Shown: positions 98,601-106,700 of the stretch, piece by piece
Layout: every line of letters begins with the position of its first letter
Position numbering within the stretch: the first letter of the stretch is position 1
Assembly (NCBI RefSeq): GCF_000737315.1
Contig: NZ_JMCB01000001.1
Coordinates: 20,001-144,000 of the forward strand
Direction of reading: 5' to 3'
DNA: 124,000 bases
Source: Hyalangium minutum
GTDB lineage: Bacteria > Myxococcota > Myxococcia > Myxococcales > Myxococcaceae
The notes under the pieces: model-generated
Told to the model about the DNA's origin: nothing
Seen by the model: only the letters and a program-made list of their open reading frames with translations
The model's database searches: none
Translations under genes and position numbers: made by a program

Positions 98601-101600
98601 GTGGCGTGCCATCGAAGACGCGGGCTACAGCCCGCAGCGCCTGTCCGGCTCGGCCACGGGCGTGTTCACGGGCGTGACGCTGCACGACTACCTCGAGCTC
98701 ATCCAGCAGTCGGGCCTGGACATCGTCGCCCACACCTCCACGGGCAACGTCCACAGCATCGTCCCCAACCGGCTCAGCTACCTGCTGAACCTGCGCGGCC
98801 CGAGCGAGCCCATCGACACCGCGTGCTCCAGCTCCCTGGTGGCACTGCACCGGGCGGTGCGGGCGCTGCAGGCGGGGGACTGCGAGCTGGCCATTGCCGG
98901 CGGCATCAACGTGCTGCTGTCGCCCACCATGTTCGTCTCGTTCAGCAAGGCGGGCATGCTGGCCAGCGACGGCCGCTGCAAGACGTTCGACGCGCGCGCG
99001 GATGGCTACGTCCGCGGCGAGGGAGCGGGCGTGGTGCTGCTCAAGCCTCTGAGCAAGGCCGAGGCGGATGGAGACACCATCCACGCCATCATCCGAGGCA
99101 CGGCCGTCAACCACGGCGGCCATGCCCACTCGCTCACCGCGCCCAACCCCAACGCCCAGGCGGAGCTGCTCGTCACCGCCCATGAGCGCGCGGGGTTCTC
99201 CCCCGACACCGTGGGCTATATCGAGACGCACGGCACGGGCACGGAGCTGGGAGACCCCATCGAAATCGAGGGCCTGAAGAAGGCCTTCAGCCAGCTGGCC
99301 GAGCGGCGAGGCCTGCCGGGCTGGAACGGCGCCACCTGCGGGCTCGGCGCTGTGAAGACCAACGTGGGCCACCTGGAGTGCGCCTCCGGAATGGCGGGGC
99401 TCCTCAAGACGCTGCTGGCCATGCGGCACCGAATGCTGCCGCCGAACCTTCACTTCGAGCAGCTCAACCCCTACATCGACTTGAAGGGCAGCCCCTTCTA
99501 CGTCGTCGACACGCCGCGCGCCTGGGAGCCGCTGAAGGATCGCCACGGCCAGCCCCTGCCGCTGCGAGCGGGCATCAGCTCGTTCGGCTTCGGTGGGGTC
99601 AACGCCCACGTCGTCATCGAGGAGTATGTGCCTCGCCCACGGCCGCCGGCGGAGGCGGCACCTCAGCTCTTCATCCTCTCCGCGCGAGAGGGCGAGCGCC
99701 TCAAGGAGTACGCGCGCCGGCTGCGGGACTCCGTCGCCGCCCGCCTCGATCGCAAGGACGAGCAGGTCTCCCTGGCGGACATGGCCTACACGCTGCAGGT
99801 GGGCCGCGATGTCATGGACACGCGGCTGGCCATCATCGCGCAGAGCGAGCAGGAGCTCGTCGCCCGGCTGGACGCCTTCCTCGCGGACAAGGCGGCTCCA
99901 GACGCCGTCTTCACGGGCCAGCGTCCCGCGCGCAAGCAGGCCTCCGCGCTCGTCTTCGGCGATGACGAGGATGACAAGGCCTACCTGCGCTCGCTGCTGG
100001 GCAAGGGCAAGCTGGCGAAGCTGGCCTCGCTCTGGGTGCAGGGCCAGGAGCTCGACTGGACTTTCCTCCACGAAGGGCGCCTGCGGCGTCGCGTCGAGTT
100101 GCCCACCTACCCGTTCGCTCGCGAGAAGCACTGGCTCCCGCGGGTGCGGCCAGTCGAAGGCACTCCCACGCTCACCCGGGCCGCCCCCGTGGCCCAAGCT
100201 CCAGCGCCCCAGGCTCCTGCGCCTCAAGCTCCCGCGCCGGCGGAGGTGCCCACGCCCCCGCCCGGGGAGAAGCTCCTGCTCGTCAAGCGCTGGCGGCCCG
100301 CTCCTGCCCCCGTGACAGCGCCCACGCTGCGCGGCATGTACTTGGTGCTCCTCAATGGCGAGGGTGCCATCGATGTCCTCAAGGATCTCGGCTCGCAGCC
100401 GGAGTGCCAGTGGATCGCAATCAAGGGCGCCAGTGGGCTCCCCCGGCTCACCGCGCGGGAGTACGAGCTCGACTTCTCGGATGGCGAGCAGGGCACCCGG
100501 CTCATCACGGAGTTGCTCTCCCGCCACCCGCAAGTGAATGGGCTGGTCGATCTGTCGGACGTGTACGCCGCCCCACGCGTCAGCCCGGATCGGGACGCGG
100601 GCAAGGTGGCCGTGCTCCAGGGGCTGCTGCGGCACACCGGCCAGGCGCCGCTGCGCATCCTGCACTTCACCCACGGGCTCGTCCCCTTCGAGAACACCGT
100701 CCCGACGCTCGCGGGGGCCACGGTGGCTGGCATCGTCCGGATGCTGGGCGCCGAGTACGGGCGCGTCCGAGCCGTCACGGTCGATGTGGATCTGAGCTGT
100801 GACCGCTCCGAGGAGTTGCTAGCCCTGGTGGCTGCCGAGGCCTCGGCTGACACGGGCATGGGCGAGGTCTGCTACCGCAAGGGCACCCGGTACCTCCCGT
100901 ACCTCGAGGAGGTGGCAGTGAGCGCTCCCGGAGAGGCCACGCGGCTAGGGCCCTTCCCGGTGGACCCGGCGCGGACCTACGTCATCACCGGAGGCACAGG
101001 GGGGCTCGGCTTCGAGGCGGCCCGGACGCTGGTGGCCAAGGGCGCCCGGCGCCTGGCGCTCCTGGGCGCCCGGACGCTGCCACCGCGGGACTCCTGGTCG
101101 AGCCTGCTCGCCTCCAGCAGCACGGAGCAGGACGTGGCGACCCGCGTCCGCCGGGTGCTGGAACTGGAGCAGGCGGGCGCGCAAGTGGCCCTCTACCATG
101201 GCCCGCTCAGCGATGAGCCGAGGCTCGCCGCCTTCTTCAGCGACACCCGGAAGCGGCTGGGCGCCATCGCTGGCGTCATCCACTGCGCAGGCATCGTCTC
101301 GCAGCGCCCGCCCTCCTTCTCGCAGAAGGGCCTCGAGGACATGCGGCGCGTCTGGGAGCCCAAGGTCCGAGGACTGATCGTCCTGAGCGGGGTGCTCAAG
101401 GCCGACACGCCGGACTTCTTCCTCCTCTACTCGTCCGTCTCCGCGGTGGTGCCCTCGCTGGCGGTGGGGATGGCCGATTACGCCAGCGCGAATGGCTTCC
101501 TGGACGCCTTCGCGGCGTACCAGGCGGGCAAGAGCCGCACGCGCTTCCTGGCGCTGAACTGGCCCAGCTGGAAGGACACGGGAATGGGGGAGATCAGCAG

Positions 101601-103749
101601 CCCCCGTTACACCGGCCTGGGCTTCACCGCCCATGGCACGCGCGAGGGCATGGAGTTGCTCGAGGCGGCGCTGTCCCTCCCCGACACGACGAGCGTCATG
101701 CCCTGCGTGGTGAACCGCGCCACCTTGCGGCTGGATCGGATGCTGTCCACCCAGGGAGCAGAGCCCGCCGCCCCCGCACGGGCTCCCCAGGCGGCCCCCG
101801 CCGCGCCCGCCCAGGCCGACACGCCGACCCCCACCGCAGCGCGTGCTCCGGCGGTGGACCTGTTCGCCGCCACGCGGGAGCTGATCCTGGAGCTGCTGTC
101901 CCGCGAGCTGATGATCGACAAGGCCCGCTTCCAGGGGGACGCGCCCTTTGGAGACTACGGCGTGGACTCCATCGTCATCGCGGATCTGGTGACCAAGATG
102001 GAGCGCTTCACCGGCAAGCCGGTGGACCCCTCGATCATCCTCGAGCACTCCACGCTCGACACGCTCAGCCACTACCTGAGCGAGGCATTCCAGCCGGGCC
102101 TGGAGGCCTTCCTGGCGCGCGGCAGCACCGGCGCTGGCGCCCCTGCGCCGCAGGCCTCACCGCTGCCGGTGGCTCCTTCGGCGCCAGTGCCGCCTCCGGT
102201 GCCGCTCCCAGAGAGCCAGCCCGCCGCGCCCCCCGCGCTGGTGACGACGGCGGGCTCCACGCCTCGCCAGAAGATTGCCGTCATCGGTGCGGCCTGCCGC
102301 GTCCCGGGGGCGGAGAGCCTGGAGGCCTACTGGGAGAACCTGCGCACCGGCCGATTCAGCATCAGCGAGGTGCCGCGCTCGCGCTGGAACAGCGACGAGC
102401 TGTACCGCCCCCACCATGAGAAGGGGAAGAGCATCAGCAAGTGGGGGGGCTTCCTCGACGGCATCGAGCTCTTCGATCCTGGCTACTTCGGCATCCCCGA
102501 GGAGGACGCGGCCCACATGGACCCGCTCATCCGCCTCTTCCTGGAGTGCAGCGAGCAGACGCTGCGCAACGCCGGCTACGCGAAGACGGATCTCTGGAAC
102601 CGGCGGGTGGGCACCTTCGTGGGCTCGGGCACCAGCACCTATGGCACCCGCATCCTCGTGCCCAGCCGCAGCACCGCCACCGGGCTGAACCAGAACTTCA
102701 TTGGCGCGCACGTGGCCCACGTCTTCAACTTCAAGGGCCCCAACATGGTGGTGGACACGGCCTGCTCGTCCTCGCTGACGAGCATCTACCTGGCCTGCCA
102801 GAGCCTCGCCGCGGGTGAGTGCGAGCTCGCTCTTGCCGGTGGCGTGGACGTCCTGCTCGACGAGGTGCCCTACCTGAAGCTGAGCGAGGCCAAGGCGCTC
102901 TCGCCGGACGGCCGCTGCCACACGTTCGACGTGAAGGCCAACGGCTTCGTGCCGGGCGAGGGCGTGGGCGCCATTCTGCTCAAGCCACTGGAACGGGCCC
103001 TCGCGGATGGAGACCGCATCCTCTCCGTCATCGAGGCGTGCGCCATGAACAACGACGGCCACACCATGGGCCTCACCACCCCCAACATGCAGGCGCAGCA
103101 GGAGGTGGTGCAGCAGGCCCTGGAGAAGGCGGGCGTCAGCGCCCGCACCGTCACCTACGTGGAGACGCACGGCACGGGGACGATGATCGGCGATCCCATC
103201 GAGCTCAAGGGCCTGATGAACGTGTTCCGGCGTGACACCGCCGACAACCAGTTCTGCGCGGTGGGCAGCGTGAAGACGAACATCGGCCACCTGATGCTCG
103301 CCGCCGGGATCGCGGGCTTCATCAAGCTGACGCTCTCGCTCCAGCACCGGCTCATCCCGCCCACGCTGCACTGCGACGAGCCCAACCCGCGCTTCGCCTT
103401 CCAGACCTCCCCCTTCATGCCCGCCCTCACGGCCCGTGAGTGGGTGCCGTATCAGGGGGTGCGCCGCGCGGGCATCAGCGCGTTCGGCTTCGGGGGCACC
103501 AACTGCCACATCCTCGTCCGGGACTTCGATCCGGCCGACCATGCGGGCTACCAGGTCCGGCGCGTGGCGCTGCCGCCCGCGGAGTTCCGCAAGAAGCGGT
103601 ACTGGTTCGAGAAGCCCTCGTCGACGCCCGTCGCCCCAGGCCACCCTGCCCCTCTGCCCGTCCGCGAGCCCACCGCCCCCAACACCCTGCGCCCCAACCC
103701 GCTCAACGGGGCCCGCAAGCTCCTCGTCCTGGAGGACTCCGGCCCATGA
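89692..103749 (+). CDS. trans-AT PKS 1: DH(MaoC)-KR(SDR)-FkbH-ACP-KS-DH-KR-ACP-KS-KR-ACP-KS
   Basis: VHGILG, GGSRGLG/YVSAK, DCDNTLW; three DTACS/HGTGT/GHL KS domains; no AT domains. Confidence 0.92.
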   Translation: MSPASTLNEVRFTRGELEQFCQASLDTNPLHLSDDYARKSPYGARIVHGILGALTLLGRLRERPQQRLARLELRFLNPLFLDQPYRLSIQEPTPDKTLATLFDGGRELLQLVAHFHTGPLARPPAADTPARAPREQPAELGLEDLRAGQLLEEDYSPRWSVLTDLIHQLGVTGKGVDVQQAAVLAWSSYLIGMEVPGRQALYSRLDADFDAVAGEASSLHCRTEVQSVEKQFGLVRLRARVGAGTPIASLELRAFVRPELPPSSVELLTRLQPESRVLAGKVALVIGGSRGLGAALVQALALQGCTVYLNYLKSEREAAAVRDALGARASAVHLLQGDGSDLEWCQRAQAEILGRHGRLDLLLCNACLPLQPLRVEPDPTSRLTEYVRKSLALVHAPLSCFLEELARQKGQAVVLSSSAVREPLAGWPHYVSAKCAIEGLARTAALEYPQVSVIVARPPRLLTELTNTPLGNDSALRPEAVATSLVRSLLTAPSTGQVVMLEDFTDTASVRPPTEAPPPAQEQAAPQEKAASQEKAVPQEQKTAPRRKLAIAATFTAEPLQESLEFWGEELKLGLEVEFAPYNQIFQELLAPSSLLSGNAEGLNVLLLRPEDWVHYEHADGRDDHGPAHPAERDFATFSQKVERSTGDLIAAVKTHKARSKAPLLVCLCPSTPELLRHKGYALFLRRIEERLERELKAQPGTYVLQAAAFAEQYPVSQYHDEVRDQMGHIPYTPAYFSVLGTLVTRALHSILTPPFKVIVLDCDNTLWKGVCGEDGPQGVDISPSYRYLQEQMVRQQAQGMILCLCSKNVESDVIEVFKQRPEMALKLEHITTHRINWLPKSQNLRSLAEELNVGLDSFIFLDDNPVEIAEVKAACPQVLALTVPKEAEALPTLVDHIWAFDRLVVTEEDKKRTQMYRQNKERDTYQQSATSFGEFLHGLGLDIRITEMTAAQRPRVSQLTQRTNQFNFTTVRRSEAELQQLVDAGTHQIWTTQVSDRFGDYGLVGVVISRRDADRISVDSFMLSCRVLGRGVEHAMLARLGQLALDSGLEWVEATFTPTAKNPPALRFLEAAGSQFRQEAEGRSIFRFPAQYAATVTFSPDKVDQQDLELAANADKGGKPTAPASMDASRLERLERITRELSEPRRIHERVSAYHAARRAGPLPAPEVRPTEPAMSAAAAPPSNAPSAPSAPGEPDEAALLRATVDFLQGIFGRFLSAARTGVKLDTHFEALGLTSFSIIDITVALEDELGSLPKTLLFEHKTLGSLARYLFTERRADLLRKVKPTAAPAAVPVPVPALMPTASLERPHSQETASGPSSKTDIAIIGISGRYPQARNLHEFWESLRAGRSNITEVPADRWEHSRFYDPSGKKRDKSYTKWGGFVEGVGEFDSLFFNISPKEAEQMDPQQRLFLEVVYEAVEDAGYTRRTLGRNVGVYAGVMANNYLLFSAEAALAGHSPYPYADNYQVANRISYFFDFSGPSLSIDTACSASGVALHTACEALRSGACSVAIAGGVNLILHPYRSVQYSQMTMLSRDERCRAFGSDAQGFVMGEGVGAVLLKPLAQALKDGDHIYGLIKGSAVNHGGRTSGFTVPNPTAQGELVAEALKRGGVDARSISYVEAHGTGTPLGDPIEVRGLTAAFRQDTADTGFCAIGSVKPNIGHLEPAAAIAGLTKVLLQMRHGTLVPSLNSEQLNPYIDFESSPFRVQRERAEWKRPRWKRQGVTVEAPRRAGLSSFGAGGVNAHLVVEEYVHEPTSATQGPQLIVLSAKNAERLRESLERLQRALTHPPQAPAHLRPSLGDIAYTLQVGRESFEERVALIVQDLEELSRKLEKLAVGEKGVEGVFTGNIKNRGAVDTLGEGEEALAFTQALIRNGRLDKLAQLWTQGAELPWEQLHAGQKRRRVPLPTYPFARTRHWLPESGLLSGPRPVEPREARLAPTRPHPMIDRERSSPEGQRFETRWDGSEFYLRDHVVAARKTLPGVAYLELARAAGALARGAGVARLRAMVWSQPILVPGAPVEAQVALHAVKHGTDVTISTGTSDGNRVVHARCRLGDEHLEALSAPPLLDLESLRQRCTHRKSQEQVYADFIAQGFTYGPTFQAVVEHLSSESEALSLLELPATAGEPDHFGLHPSLLDGALQTIIAKVRGNETYLPFALDELTQYGPLPRRCHAYVRFEREDAEQLRCNVRLLDETGRTLVALDGLTLRALKPKSVETAPSGAPLYRPVWERVSAPAFELPSRDTTFLLFDEGEERFQAWTRFLGERGLPAESVHLATPGPRYAALGGQRYQLRPEEPADHLALLQALPGAGPLVVLHAWRPREQEPTSPLQGAGLGSLLATSQALLTLKQRPELRLLALCATDEDSPLSAAVGGFIRSLAQESTRLQPRAIQLADPAIASDVGRLLGELRAGGELEVRLDASGRLVRRFQRATSPVTSRSVLREKGVYLITGGMGGLGLIFARHLVERYRASVVLTGRSALREEQQRTLESLQAQGAQLLYLRADITQAADIDWMMREVRARFGHLHGVLHSAGVIEDAYLSQKSRESFARVLAPKLAGTWLLDLATAREPLDFFVTFSSVASVFGSAGQTDYATANRFLDAQATSRAALVRAGQRSGVTLSLNWPLWQEGGMRVGADVVELTARTTGLRPLATATGLQAFEEALRLGEPQLAVLHGDRARIEQALEPGAGATRALEPTPAGNLPVFVPPAGAAHPARLSHEELLRRLQDFLLRKSSELLKVNVADIDPDDDMSDYGFDSISLTELANALNETFDLALTPVVFFENPAISGLARFLMERHRDAFAAHYDAEAHAAAGLAAAPAPAAAAEPAPLLASAPMPAPRPLQAEPRPSVLTAPSARLSQEARPATAEPIAIIGMAGVFPQSPDLETFWKNLLAGKDLIREVPEERWDWKAWYGDPKREPNKTTCKWGGFIDEVDAFDALFFNISPREAQFMDPQQRIFLETAWRAIEDAGYSPQRLSGSATGVFTGVTLHDYLELIQQSGLDIVAHTSTGNVHSIVPNRLSYLLNLRGPSEPIDTACSSSLVALHRAVRALQAGDCELAIAGGINVLLSPTMFVSFSKAGMLASDGRCKTFDARADGYVRGEGAGVVLLKPLSKAEADGDTIHAIIRGTAVNHGGHAHSLTAPNPNAQAELLVTAHERAGFSPDTVGYIETHGTGTELGDPIEIEGLKKAFSQLAERRGLPGWNGATCGLGAVKTNVGHLECASGMAGLLKTLLAMRHRMLPPNLHFEQLNPYIDLKGSPFYVVDTPRAWEPLKDRHGQPLPLRAGISSFGFGGVNAHVVIEEYVPRPRPPAEAAPQLFILSAREGERLKEYARRLRDSVAARLDRKDEQVSLADMAYTLQVGRDVMDTRLAIIAQSEQELVARLDAFLADKAAPDAVFTGQRPARKQASALVFGDDEDDKAYLRSLLGKGKLAKLASLWVQGQELDWTFLHEGRLRRRVELPTYPFAREKHWLPRVRPVEGTPTLTRAAPVAQAPAPQAPAPQAPAPAEVPTPPPGEKLLLVKRWRPAPAPVTAPTLRGMYLVLLNGEGAIDVLKDLGSQPECQWIAIKGASGLPRLTAREYELDFSDGEQGTRLITELLSRHPQVNGLVDLSDVYAAPRVSPDRDAGKVAVLQGLLRHTGQAPLRILHFTHGLVPFENTVPTLAGATVAGIVRMLGAEYGRVRAVTVDVDLSCDRSEELLALVAAEASADTGMGEVCYRKGTRYLPYLEEVAVSAPGEATRLGPFPVDPARTYVITGGTGGLGFEAARTLVAKGARRLALLGARTLPPRDSWSSLLASSSTEQDVATRVRRVLELEQAGAQVALYHGPLSDEPRLAAFFSDTRKRLGAIAGVIHCAGIVSQRPPSFSQKGLEDMRRVWEPKVRGLIVLSGVLKADTPDFFLLYSSVSAVVPSLAVGMADYASANGFLDAFAAYQAGKSRTRFLALNWPSWKDTGMGEISSPRYTGLGFTAHGTREGMELLEAALSLPDTTSVMPCVVNRATLRLDRMLSTQGAEPAAPARAPQAAPAAPAQADTPTPTAARAPAVDLFAATRELILELLSRELMIDKARFQGDAPFGDYGVDSIVIADLVTKMERFTGKPVDPSIILEHSTLDTLSHYLSEAFQPGLEAFLARGSTGAGAPAPQASPLPVAPSAPVPPPVPLPESQPAAPPALVTTAGSTPRQKIAVIGAACRVPGAESLEAYWENLRTGRFSISEVPRSRWNSDELYRPHHEKGKSISKWGGFLDGIELFDPGYFGIPEEDAAHMDPLIRLFLECSEQTLRNAGYAKTDLWNRRVGTFVGSGTSTYGTRILVPSRSTATGLNQNFIGAHVAHVFNFKGPNMVVDTACSSSLTSIYLACQSLAAGECELALAGGVDVLLDEVPYLKLSEAKALSPDGRCHTFDVKANGFVPGEGVGAILLKPLERALADGDRILSVIEACAMNNDGHTMGLTTPNMQAQQEVVQQALEKAGVSARTVTYVETHGTGTMIGDPIELKGLMNVFRRDTADNQFCAVGSVKTNIGHLMLAAGIAGFIKLTLSLQHRLIPPTLHCDEPNPRFAFQTSPFMPALTAREWVPYQGVRRAGISAFGFGGTNCHILVRDFDPADHAGYQVRRVALPPAEFRKKRYWFEKPSSTPVAPGHPAPLPVREPTAPNTLRPNPLNGARKLLVLEDSGP

Positions 103750-106700
103750 GCCCCACGATCGTGAACCCGCCCGTGATGGCCCTCTCGTCCAAGCGTCTCA
103801 AGACGACCGTCCTCTTCGAGGACTACATGGTGCGCGATCACCTCGTGCACGGGGTGCGCATCCTCCCCGGCGTCTTCTTCCTGGATCTCACCTACCGGAT
103901 GGCCCGCCAGCAGGGGCTGGAGCCAGGCCAGGTGGAGCTGCGCCGGTGCCTCTTCATCGAGCCCATCGCCGTCACCGAGAGCTACGACAAGCAGGTGCGG
104001 CTCTCCGTCGAGCCGCAGGGGGATCACGCCGCCATCTCGGTGGAGAGCCGCAAGGTGAAGGACGGCGTCGCCCTCGAGGAGCAGTGGACCGCCAACTTCA
104101 CCTGTGAGCTTCACCAGGTCCCACGGGAGCCGAGGGCCCCGCTGGACATCGCTCGCCTCCGGGCCACCGCCACGCGCCGGGCGGACGCGGACGAGCTGTA
104201 TGCCTTCGCCCGCTCGGTGGACATCGACCACCAGGAGTTCATGAAGGCCCTGGGCACGCTGCACTACGGCCAAGGCTGGCTGCTGGCCGAGGTGACGCTG
104301 AGCGAGCTCGCGCAAGGCTACCTGGAGCACTTCCACGTCCACCCAGCCTACCTGGACTTCTCCACGCTGATGCCGTTCTGCCTCTTCGAGAAGGACGCGG
104401 CGGAGCGGCAGCCCTTCATCCCCATCTTCATCGACGCGTTCCGCGCCCATGGCCCGCTGAGCCGCACCTGCGTTGCCTACGTGGAGCAGACCGGTCAGCA
104501 GAGCCTCTCCGGCGACACCGTCCACAGCGACATCCGGCTGTTCAGCCCCGAGGGGGAGCTGCTCGTCCACTTCCGGAACTTCCGCGCGAAGAAGATCCGC
104601 ACCCGGAACCTCATCACCCAGCACCAGGCCCCGAGCCAAGCGCCCGAGCCCGCCCGTCCAGCGCTCACGCCGGTCGCTCCGCCTGCAGCCCCGCGCCCCA
104701 GCGCTTCCGCGTCCCCACTGGAGCGGGTCCAGGCAGAGCTGCGCTCGCTGGTGAGCCGCGCCCTGAAGCGTCTCCCCGAGGACGTGGACGTGAACGCGGG
104801 CTTCTACGAGCAGGGGCTCGCCTCGGTGGATCTGCTGCAGATCGTCCGTGCCCTGGAGGCCCGGCTTGGGCGCGAGCTGTATCCCACGCTCCTCTTCGAG
104901 TACACCACCGTCTCGGCCCTTGCGGGCTACCTCGTGGAGCAGTTCGGGGATCTGCTCGCCAGGCCCTCCGAGTCCGCTCCCGCCGAGCCCCCGCCCCCGC
105001 CCCCGCAGGCCGCCGCTGCAGCGGCTCCCGCGGCAACGTCCCCCGCCGTGGAGTCCTCGAAGCCGGCGCCGCGCGCGCCCGCCGCGCGAGAGGAGGCGGA
105101 TGAGGATGAGATCGCCATCGTGGGCGTCGCGGGACGCTACCCGCAGGCACGCGACCTGGACGAGTTCTGGGCCAACCTGAAGGCAGGCCGGGACTGCATC
105201 ACCGAGATCCCCCGCTCCCGGTGGGAGGTGGAGCGCTACTTCGATTCCGAGCGTGGCAAGCCGGGCCGCACCTACAGCCGGTGGGGTGGCTTCATCGACG
105301 GCGTGGACGAGTTCGATCCGCTCTTCTTCAACATCTCGCCGCGCGAGGCCGAGATGATGGATCCCCAGGAGCGCGTCTTCCTGGAGACAGCCTGGGCCGC
105401 GCTGGAAGATGCGGGCTACACGCGCGAGCGGCTGGGCACGGGCAAGGGCAATGACATCGGCGTCTTCGCCGGGGTGATGTGGAGCGACTACCAGCTCTTC
105501 GGCCTGGAGGAGATCCTCAAGGGCAACCCGGTGGTCGCCGGCTCGTGGTTCTCCTCGGTGGCCAACCGGATCTCCTATTTCCTGAACCTGCAGGGCCCGA
105601 GCGTCCCAGTGGACACGGCATGCTCCTCGTCGCTCTACGCCATCCACCTGGCGTGCGAGAGCATCAAGCGCGGCGAGTGCAGCGCGGCGCTCGTGGGTGG
105701 CGTCAACGCCTCCCTGCACTTCTCGAAGTACCTCAAGCTGAGCGAGCTGCAGATGCTGTCGACGGACGGGCGCTGCCGGACGTTCGGCAAGGGTGGCAAT
105801 GGCTACGTCCCCGGCGAGGGGGTGGGTGCCGTGCTCCTCAAGCCGCTGAAGCGAGCGATCGCCGACAGAGACACCATCCACGCCGTCATCAAGTCCACGG
105901 CGGTCAACCACGGAGGCCGCACCAGTGGCTTCTCCGTGCCAAGCCCGGACGCACAGGCGCGGCTCATCCGGGATGCGCTGGAGAAGGCCCGCATCCCCGC
106001 CTCCACGGTGAGCTACATCGAAGCACATGGCACGGGCACCTCGCTGGGTGACCCCATCGAGATCGCGGGCCTGACGAGCGCCTTCCGCGGCGACAGCACG
106101 GAGAAGGGCTTCTGCGCGGTGGGCTCGGTGAAGTCCAACATCGGCCACCTGGAGGCCGCGGCGGGCATCGCTGGGCTGACCAAAGTGCTGCTGTGCATGA
106201 GGCACCGCACGCTGGTGCCCTCCCTGCACTCGCGGGAGCTCAACCCCAGCATCCCCTTCGCGGACACTCCCTTCTACGTGCCGCAGGAAGCACGTGCGTG
106301 GGAGAAGCGCACGGGTCATCCCCGCCGCGCGGGCATCAGCTCCTTCGGCGCGGGCGGCTCCAATGCCCACATCCTCTTGGAGGAGTATGAGGATCCACGG
106401 GTGGGACGCGAGGCCGCCTCGGCGCTCCCGCAGCTGGTGGTGCTGTCCGCACGCACCCCAGAGCGCCTCCAGGAGTCCGCGCGGAAGCTGCGCGACTTCC
106501 TAGAAGCCCATGGGGAGGCACGGCTGGAGGACCTCGCGTACACCCTGCAGGTGGGCCGCGAGACGATGGAGGCGCGGCTCGCCGTGGTGGCGCAGGACAA
106601 GGCGGAGCTGCGCAAGGCGCTGGAAGGCTACCTCGACGGCACCCCGGAGGGAGCGCGACGGGTCCTCAGCGGCCAGGTGAAGCGGGGCGCCAGCGGCGCC